The position numbers were made by a program, and so were the translations under genes. The notes under the pieces are model-generated. The model had not been told where the DNA came from and did not search any database. It saw only the letters and a program-made list of their open reading frames with translations. Source: an uncultured bacterium (lineage in GTDB: Bacteria > AUK180). Taken from it: a DNA stretch of 64,000 bases. This document shows positions 58,005 to 64,000 of the stretch, in pieces; position 1 is the stretch's first letter, and every line of letters begins with the position of its first letter. Where the stretch lies: contig CALMGJ010000031.1 of the NCBI GenBank assembly GCA_937863565.1, positions 1 through 64,000 of the forward strand, in the 5' to 3' direction.

Positions 58005-58019
58005 CGTTTGATGCATTAA

Positions 58020-59288
58020 TTACATGTTCCCTATTATCGCGTTCCCGAATTCGGAGCACTTGATCTCTTTCGCGTTCTTCATCAACCTTGCGAAATCGTA
58101 TGTGACCGTTTTCTGTTTTATCGTTTTGGCAAAAGCCTTCATGATGAGCTTGGCCGGTTTGGTCCATCCCAGATGCTCGAGCATCATAACGGAAGAAAGA
58201 AGAACGGAGCCCGGATTCACTTTGTCCATGCCCGAATACTTGGGGGCCGTACCGTGAGTGGCTTCGAAAATGGCATGTCCGGTCATATAGTTGATATTGC
58301 CTCCGGGAGCAATGCCTATGCCGCCTACTTCCGCCGCGAGGGCGTCGGAGATATAATCCCCGTTCAGGTTCAAGGTGGCTATCACTTCGAATTCATTGGG
58401 CCTCGTGAGTATCTGCTGAAGGAAATTGTCCGCGATCGCGTCCTTGATAACGATCTCCTTGCCGTTTTTCGGGTTTTTGATCTTCATCCAGGGGCCTTTG
58501 TCTATGAGTTCTCCGCCGTATTCTTCCTTGGCCAACTCATATCCCCAGTTGCGGAACGATCCTTCGGTGAATTTCTGGATATTCCCCTTGTGAACGAGGG
58601 TCACCGATGATCTGTCGTGGGAGATCGCATACTCGATAGCGGCTCTTACGAGCCTTTTGGTGCCTTCCTCGGAGACCGGTTTGATGCCTATGCCCGATGT
58701 TTCGGGAAATCTTATTTTAGCGAAGGCTTTTGGGAAATGTTCTTTGAACAGTTCCCTGAATTTTTTATTATCTTCCGTTCCGTTCTCGAATTCAATGCCT
58801 GCATATATGTCCTCGGTATTCTCCCTGAAAATGACCATATCTACCAGTTCAGGTTGTTTCACAGGTGACGGTACGCCCTTGAAGTATTTCACGGGCCGGA
58901 GGCAGACATAGAGATCCAGCACCTGTCTCAGTGTCACGTTCAGGCTTCTGATACCGCCGCCGACGGGCGTAGTAAGGGGGCCTTTGATCCCGATAAGGTA
59001 TTTCCTGAATGCAGTGATAGTATCGTCCGGAAGCCAGTTCTGGAACATATTGTACGCTTTTTCCCCGCCGTAGACTTCATACCACACTATCTTCTTCTTT
59101 CCGCCGAAGGCCTTCTCAACAGCCGCGTCAACGACCTTCTGGACAGTTCTCCAGATATCCGGTCCCGTCCCGTCACCTTCAATGAAGGGAATGATCGGGT
59201 CGGCAGGGACTTTCATTTTGCCCTTTTTCATGACGATCGGCGTACCTTGCGCCGGTTCCTTGTACTGCGTAAATTTAAGCTCTCCCAT
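58020..59288 (-). CDS. icd: Isocitrate dehydrogenase, NADP-dependent, E. coli-type
   Basis: [42 protein letters not shown]. Confidence 0.97.
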   Translation of the reverse strand: MGELKFTQYKEPAQGTPIVMKKGKMKVPADPIIPFIEGDGTGPDIWRTVQKVVDAAVEKAFGGKKKIVWYEVYGGEKAYNMFQNWLPDDTITAFRKYLIGIKGPLTTPVGGGIRSLNVTLRQVLDLYVCLRPVKYFKGVPSPVKQPELVDMVIFRENTEDIYAGIEFENGTEDNKKFRELFKEHFPKAFAKIRFPETSGIGIKPVSEEGTKRLVRAAIEYAISHDRSSVTLVHKGNIQKFTEGSFRNWGYELAKEEYGGELIDKGPWMKIKNPKNGKEIVIKDAIADNFLQQILTRPNEFEVIATLNLNGDYISDALAAEVGGIGIAPGGNINYMTGHAIFEATHGTAPKYSGMDKVNPGSVLLSSVMMLEHLGWTKPAKLIMKAFAKTIKQKTVTYDFARLMKNAKEIKCSEFGNAIIGNM

Positions 59289-61237
59289 TATTTACCTCCG
59301 TTTTTATGTTTGTTCCTGATGAAGTTCATCTTGCCGCCCGCCTTTATCCAAAGTATCTCTTCGCTTGTCAGCGGGTGGACCAGTTCATAGATTTTGTTCT
59401 TCGTTATATTTTTCATCGATACGGGCTGTTTGGAAAGATCGGATGTATCGATCTCTATCTTATCGCCGAGGAAGATATCATCGTAATCAGCCTTATTCTT
59501 GAATTCAAACGGGATGATACCGAAATTGACGAGGTTCGCAAGATGTATCCTGGCAAATGATTTCACTATAACAGCGTTCACTCCGAGATACATGGGAGCG
59601 ATCGCTGCATGTTCCCTTGAGGAACCCTGGCCGTAATTCTCTCCGCCGACGATGATACCGCCGCCTTTTTCCTTCTTATCAAGAGCTCTCTGGTAGAAAT
59701 CCTTATCCACAGAGGAAAAGACGAATTTGGATATCTCGGGAATATTCGAACGGAGCGGAAGTACCTTTGCTCCGGCCGGCATGATATGATCGGTGGTTAT
59801 ATCCTCACCGACCTTTATCAGCACTTCTCCCTCAAGTTTGCTTTTTAAGGGTTCCTTGATCGGAAGAGGTTTGATATTGGGGCCGCGCTTCACTTCTATT
59901 TTCATCGACAGGTCCGCGGGAAGCGGGAAGATGATCCTTTTATCATCTACGCTGTATTTTGAGGGCAGCTTAACCTTGAAAGGCTTGATATTGAGCGTTC
60001 TCGGATCGGTCATTTTGCCCGTTATAATGCAGGCGGCGGCCGTTTCAGGAGATGCGAGGTAGACCTTGGCGGTCTTTGTTCCCGATCTTCCTTCGAAATT
60101 GCGGTTGAAGGTCCTCACGGATACGGCATTGTCCCCAGGCGCGAAACCCATCCCTATACAGGCGCCGCAGGAGGATTCTAGAAGCCGTACGCCGCTGTCT
60201 ATGAATATCTTCAGATAACCTTCGGCGGCAAGATGCTGCATGATCTGCCTGGAACCGGGCAGAAGGCCTGCGCTCACTCCGATGGGAACTTGACGCCCTT
60301 CGATCATTTTTGCAACAGTCACGATATCCGCATAAGAGGAGTTCGTGCATGAACCTACTACGATTTGATTGACTTCGAGATCGGCAAGTTCGCTTACGGC
60401 AACGACATTCCCGGGTGAATGGGGCTGTGCCACCATTGGGACGATTTTGGAAAGATCAATATCGACTATCTCATCATATTCGGCATCGCGGTCCGCCTCG
60501 AACTTCACCCACTGCTCTTCCCTGTTCTGTCTTTTCATGTAATTCTTCGTTATTTCATCCGAAGGGAAGATCGATGTGGTGAGGCCCATTTCGGCGCCCA
60601 TATTAGTGATCGTCGCTCTTTCAGGGACTTCAAGCGTTTTCACGCCCGGACCGGCGTACTCGAATATCTTGTTCACGCCGCCCTTCACATTGAATCTCTT
60701 GAGAAGCTCGAGAACAACATCCTTTGCCGACACGAAGGGTTGGAGTTTGCCCGTGAGATTGATCTTGACCACTTTGGGCATTTTAAGAAAATAGGGCTCG
60801 CCTGCCATGGCGAAAGCCACATCAAGGCCGCCGGCGCCGATGGCGAGCATGCCAATGCCGCCACCCGTTGGAGTGTGGGAATCGGAACCGAGCAGGGTCT
60901 TTCCCGGAGCGCCGAAGCGTTCGAGATGGACCTGATGGCATATCCCGTTACCCGGCCTCGAGTAATAGAGACCGTATCTCTGGGCAATAGTTCTCAGGAA
61001 AGTATGATCATCATCATTTTTAAAATCTTCCTGGAGCGTATTGTGATCGACATAGCTTACGGACTTTTCCGTTTGAACGCGGTCGACACCGAGACTCTCG
61101 AATTCGAGATAGGCCATCGTGCCTGTCGCATCTTGTGTCAGCGTATGATCGATCTTTATCAAGATCGGTTTCCCGACGGTCAGATCGCCTTCAACAAGAT
61201 GGGCTTTTAAAATCTTTCTTGTAAGATTCAAACCCAT
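59288..61237 (-). CDS. acn: Aconitate hydratase (short ~650-aa type)
   Basis: TQDATG, GICHQVH, DSHT, GSCTNS and CGACIG (Fe-S Cys), [14 protein letters not shown]; upstream of icd. Confidence 0.92.
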   Translation of the reverse strand: MGLNLTRKILKAHLVEGDLTVGKPILIKIDHTLTQDATGTMAYLEFESLGVDRVQTEKSVSYVDHNTLQEDFKNDDDHTFLRTIAQRYGLYYSRPGNGICHQVHLERFGAPGKTLLGSDSHTPTGGGIGMLAIGAGGLDVAFAMAGEPYFLKMPKVVKINLTGKLQPFVSAKDVVLELLKRFNVKGGVNKIFEYAGPGVKTLEVPERATITNMGAEMGLTTSIFPSDEITKNYMKRQNREEQWVKFEADRDAEYDEIVDIDLSKIVPMVAQPHSPGNVVAVSELADLEVNQIVVGSCTNSSYADIVTVAKMIEGRQVPIGVSAGLLPGSRQIMQHLAAEGYLKIFIDSGVRLLESSCGACIGMGFAPGDNAVSVRTFNRNFEGRSGTKTAKVYLASPETAAACIITGKMTDPRTLNIKPFKVKLPSKYSVDDKRIIFPLPADLSMKIEVKRGPNIKPLPIKEPLKSKLEGEVLIKVGEDITTDHIMPAGAKVLPLRSNIPEISKFVFSSVDKDFYQRALDKKEKGGGIIVGGENYGQGSSREHAAIAPMYLGVNAVIVKSFARIHLANLVNFGIIPFEFKNKADYDDIFLGDKIEIDTSDLSKQPVSMKNITKNKIYELVHPLTSEEILWIKAGGKMNFIRNKHKNGGK

Positions 61238-61317
61238 ATGAACCTCCTATGGTTGAACACAGAACATTTATTTTTCAAAAAAAAATGAACGTTCCGCATA
61301 TACCGCGGATTTTCGAG

Positions 61318-61346
61318 ATTATAGCATTGAAAAACCTTTTTTTCAA
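61318..61346 (-). promoter_or_regulatory. Sigma70 promoter of acn-icd-cit (TTGAAA-17 bp-TATAAT, extended -10)
   Basis: -35 at 61346-61341; -10 at 61323-61318 preceded by TGC; AGGAGG RBS before acn. Confidence 0.72.
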
Positions 61347-61684
61347 GAGGAATGAAAAAAGTGCCGAACCTGTTCACCCTGCAACCGGATCTTTCTTCAT
61401 CCCCGTAAACGAATAGATCCCCAATCTGCATTCCTTGACGGATGATCTGCGTATATATCGCGAATTAATACGATTCACCCCTATTCCATTATTCTTATGG
61501 CTAACAACTTGTCAAGGCGCTATACTTAACATTCCCTGTTTAATTATACTGTTTAGATGTCCTGGAGATTGGCCTAGCGGATTTCATCATTATAAACACA
61601 TTAAAAACAAGATTTAACTTAAGACATCTAACTTATTTTTTATACGTTATTAATACGAAATATTCTTAGTATAATTATTCTAAA

Positions 61685-63109
61685 CTATTTCAGCCTGTAC
61701 ACCATCTCCTCAACAAGCCTTACAACATGTTTCGGAAGGTCTTCTATCGGAACTCCGGCCTCGATAGAAACGGAAGCCTCGATCTCGGAGGTCTCAACGT
61801 CAACGAGGCGCGAGGTGACAAAATACTTCTTTCCGAGTTTTGAAACGCTCCCTACGACCATCTTGTGGACAGAAAGGATCTTCCCTATACTGACAGCACA
61901 TTCGGCGTCCGTGCAGCCCCCCTGTTGGAAATTGACCTCTTTGAGGATATTGTTGATAGCGCCCCTTTCAAGGACCTTGAAATAATCGGTATTTATCATC
62001 TCATGCCTTACAAAATCCGTGATGATGACCGCTTCCTCGGCCGGCATGTTCTGGGCCGTGAAATCGAGAACTGCGACAAGTATCTTTTCGATAGGTTTTT
62101 CTTTCTTGACAGGCTCCTTCTTTACCGTTACTTCCTTTTTCGGTTTGGGTTTCTTTATTCTCGGGGGTTTCGGCACTTTCGGACCTTTCTCTTTTTTAAC
62201 GATAACGTCGGGAGTTAAGTTCGGCAATGAATATCCGTATCCGAGGCTTATGTAATGCTGGCCGCCCGTCTCGCCGGGATCGAAGGCGTAATCAATATCA
62301 ACACCTTTATATTTGATCCCGATTCCGGCCATAACAGGCATGCTGAGGTGGTTCTGAATATAGAGATATCCGGCACGGATATACGCAAATTTTACCTGGT
62401 ATTCTACGGTCAGGCCTAATGTCAGGCCGTCTCCTGCTCTCTGATTGATCTGCGAGATAAAAAGGCCCGCGCAAAGTGCGTCGTTCAGGAATTTTTTAGA
62501 GGCGGAAAAATTGATGCTGTCGAATTCGGAGTAGGCATTCTCTGTTTCGGAACTTACCCCGAGCTTAATATTTTTCATGGAAAGGCCTAAGAGGAAGCCC
62601 GATATCCCGTAATTGAGACCGGCGGTTAAAAAGCTCAGTGAATCCTCTGTGGCAGCAACCTCAGTTCCGTTCATATATACGACATTGTTCGCGTAGTTCG
62701 TGTACTGAACGCCTAAGAACAATTTTTCCATCGCTTGATATGTAAAACCCAATCCGAATTTCGTGTTCCCGGGGACTTCAAACTCATAATCGAACTCGCC
62801 GAGATCATTGTAAATATCGAAAGCGGGATTACTGAAACTCGCAAAATCTAAAAAGAACGACATTCTCCCGTATTTCCCGGACAGTATTCCGGAAAAGACC
62901 CCGGCACCGGGGAAAATGCCCGTAAATTGCGTTACCCTGGCATTAAGTGTATTCATGGCCAATCCGGAAAACGAAGGGTTCGTCAGAATGCCTGGAACAG
63001 GATTGGATGCCGAAGCCCAAATATGTGCAGCATCGTAAATGATGAACATATCGGAAGCGCTCAACAGCACGGATGCGGACAAACAAACTAAAAGGATCAA
63101 TTTTTTCAT
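61685..63109 (-). CDS. PorV/PorQ-like outer-membrane barrel fused via a Pro/Lys linker to a CsgG/HfaB-like domain
   Basis: Signal peptide; aromatic amphipathic strands ending DYAFDP...HYISLGY; linker KGPKVPKPPRIKKPKPKK; AVLDF...KVLER...CTDAECAVSIGKIL...RLVDVET. Confidence 0.65.
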   Translation of the reverse strand: MKKLILLVCLSASVLLSASDMFIIYDAAHIWASASNPVPGILTNPSFSGLAMNTLNARVTQFTGIFPGAGVFSGILSGKYGRMSFFLDFASFSNPAFDIYNDLGEFDYEFEVPGNTKFGLGFTYQAMEKLFLGVQYTNYANNVVYMNGTEVAATEDSLSFLTAGLNYGISGFLLGLSMKNIKLGVSSETENAYSEFDSINFSASKKFLNDALCAGLFISQINQRAGDGLTLGLTVEYQVKFAYIRAGYLYIQNHLSMPVMAGIGIKYKGVDIDYAFDPGETGGQHYISLGYGYSLPNLTPDVIVKKEKGPKVPKPPRIKKPKPKKEVTVKKEPVKKEKPIEKILVAVLDFTAQNMPAEEAVIITDFVRHEMINTDYFKVLERGAINNILKEVNFQQGGCTDAECAVSIGKILSVHKMVVGSVSKLGKKYFVTSRLVDVETSEIEASVSIEAGVPIEDLPKHVVRLVEEMVYRLK

Positions 63110-64000
63110 TTCGAACCCCCGTAATAGTACAAGGGTTTCACAGCCGTGCTTCCGTCCGGGAATTTGATATAGATCATGTATCTTCCGTTATAGAACTTGA
63201 ATTGAGTGAGATCGGAGAATCTCTGGACGAGGTCGAAGTCACCTGTCACATCCCACTCGGCTATTTTAAAGCCGTCCGACGTGAACAACTTTACCTTGCA
63301 GCCCGCCGAAAGTCCGTCGATCTTGAATTCATCCGATACCGGGTTCGGATAAATGAAAACGGAATCGGCATCGGCGATAAATACGTTCAGCGCGCTGAAA
63401 TTCTGCCCGACATCGCTTCCCAGGTTGTTCACTGAAGCCGAGGTAGGCGTGAAGGTCCAGTTCGATTTTGCCGGCGTTATCGTATAGTCCCCTGCCGCCT
63501 GAAGATTACTGAATGTGTATTCACCATTGGCATCGGTATATACCGTTGCTGAAGCATCCCCGCTCAAGGTGACCTTCACGCTCTCCAGAGGCAGCAGTGT
63601 CTCGCTGTCCGTGATCGTGCCGTAGATCGAGTATTCGCCCAGGGCTCCTTCGAAATCCGTGCCGGGGGCATCGGCGGTCAGGGTTAAATCGCTGTATGAC
63701 GGCGTGAAATTATAGTAAACGCTCGAAGGCGTGACGGTATAGGATTGTCCTGCGGGGAGATCGCTGAAAATATAGAAACCGGTATCGCTCGTTGTCGTGC
63801 TGTCCGTAGAGGCCCCCGAGAGAGAGACCGTTATCCCCTGAAGCGGGTTCACTCCGTCCGTGACGATGCCGCTTATATCCCAAACATCAAGGGTACCCGT
63901 GAAATCGGCCCATGGTTTATTCGCTTCCAGATCGGCATATGTTCTGCTTATAGGTGTGAAAGCATAGTTCGCCAAAGAAGGCGAGACCGTATAGGTGGCT
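63106..64000 (-). CDS. 3' part of a large surface protein: ~80-aa CarboxypepD_reg/SdrD-B-like repeats plus a T9SS-CTD-like C-terminus
   Basis: Frame open to the window edge; repeats ISG.VTD...V.LSG...T.T...G.Y.FS.L..G.YT.TP....FTP; final domain IYPNPVSD...GRYMIYI. Confidence 0.75.
   Translation of the reverse strand, partial: ATYTVSPSLANYAFTPISRTYADLEANKPWADFTGTLDVWDISGIVTDGVNPLQGITVSLSGASTDSTTTSDTGFYIFSDLPAGQSYTVTPSSVYYNFTPSYSDLTLTADAPGTDFEGALGEYSIYGTITDSETLLPLESVKVTLSGDASATVYTDANGEYTFSNLQAAGDYTITPAKSNWTFTPTSASVNNLGSDVGQNFSALNVFIADADSVFIYPNPVSDEFKIDGLSAGCKVKLFTSDGFKIAEWDVTGDFDLVQRFSDLTQFKFYNGRYMIYIKFPDGSTAVKPLYYYGGSK

Noticed and set aside
57955-58167. 70-aa minus-strand ORF between icd and citD, as a possible leader peptide or citC remnant
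   Set aside because: Mostly an alternative frame of the icd 3' end, runs through the hairpin and has no CitC motifs
59288-61237. LeuC-LeuD fusion or homoaconitase call
   Set aside because: Coupling to icd and the citrate lyase context favour aconitase, though substrate specificity is not proven
61228-61617. Short ORFs 61228-61431 (-) and 61435-61617 (+)
   Set aside because: They cover promoter or low-complexity intergenic sequence and have no protein-like features

Overview
This is a gene-dense chromosomal segment from a diderm bacterium (TolC, OmpH, ExbBD-TonB, PorV-like barrel), probably an anaerobe. All 57 supported CDS, plus a possible gene start at the left edge, lie on the minus strand. 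In transcription order (right to left): (1) a truncated repeat-rich surface protein with a T9SS-CTD-like C-terminus, coupled to a PorV/PorQ-like barrel fused to a CsgG/HfaB-like domain; (2) aconitase-icd-citDEF-citXG, with no citC; (3) a small 4-Cys protein; (4) a ~24.5 kb run of 20 tightly packed genes from hisS to exbB-exbD-tonB, including three transglutaminase-fold proteins, a Mut7-C/PdxA fusion and tryptophanase; (5) a four-gene envelope unit; (6) a 19-gene, ~19.4 kb combined purine-pyrimidine cluster with an embedded adenosine-deaminase-family gene; (7) a TetR-TolC-adaptor-RND-PII-like efflux operon whose adaptor lacks the alpha-hairpin. Several near-consensus sigma70 promoters, a likely TetR operator, an intrinsic terminator and a heptamer repeat tract are visible. 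I saw no rRNA, tRNA, CRISPR array or mobile element. All calls come from motif recognition by eye; no database search was run.
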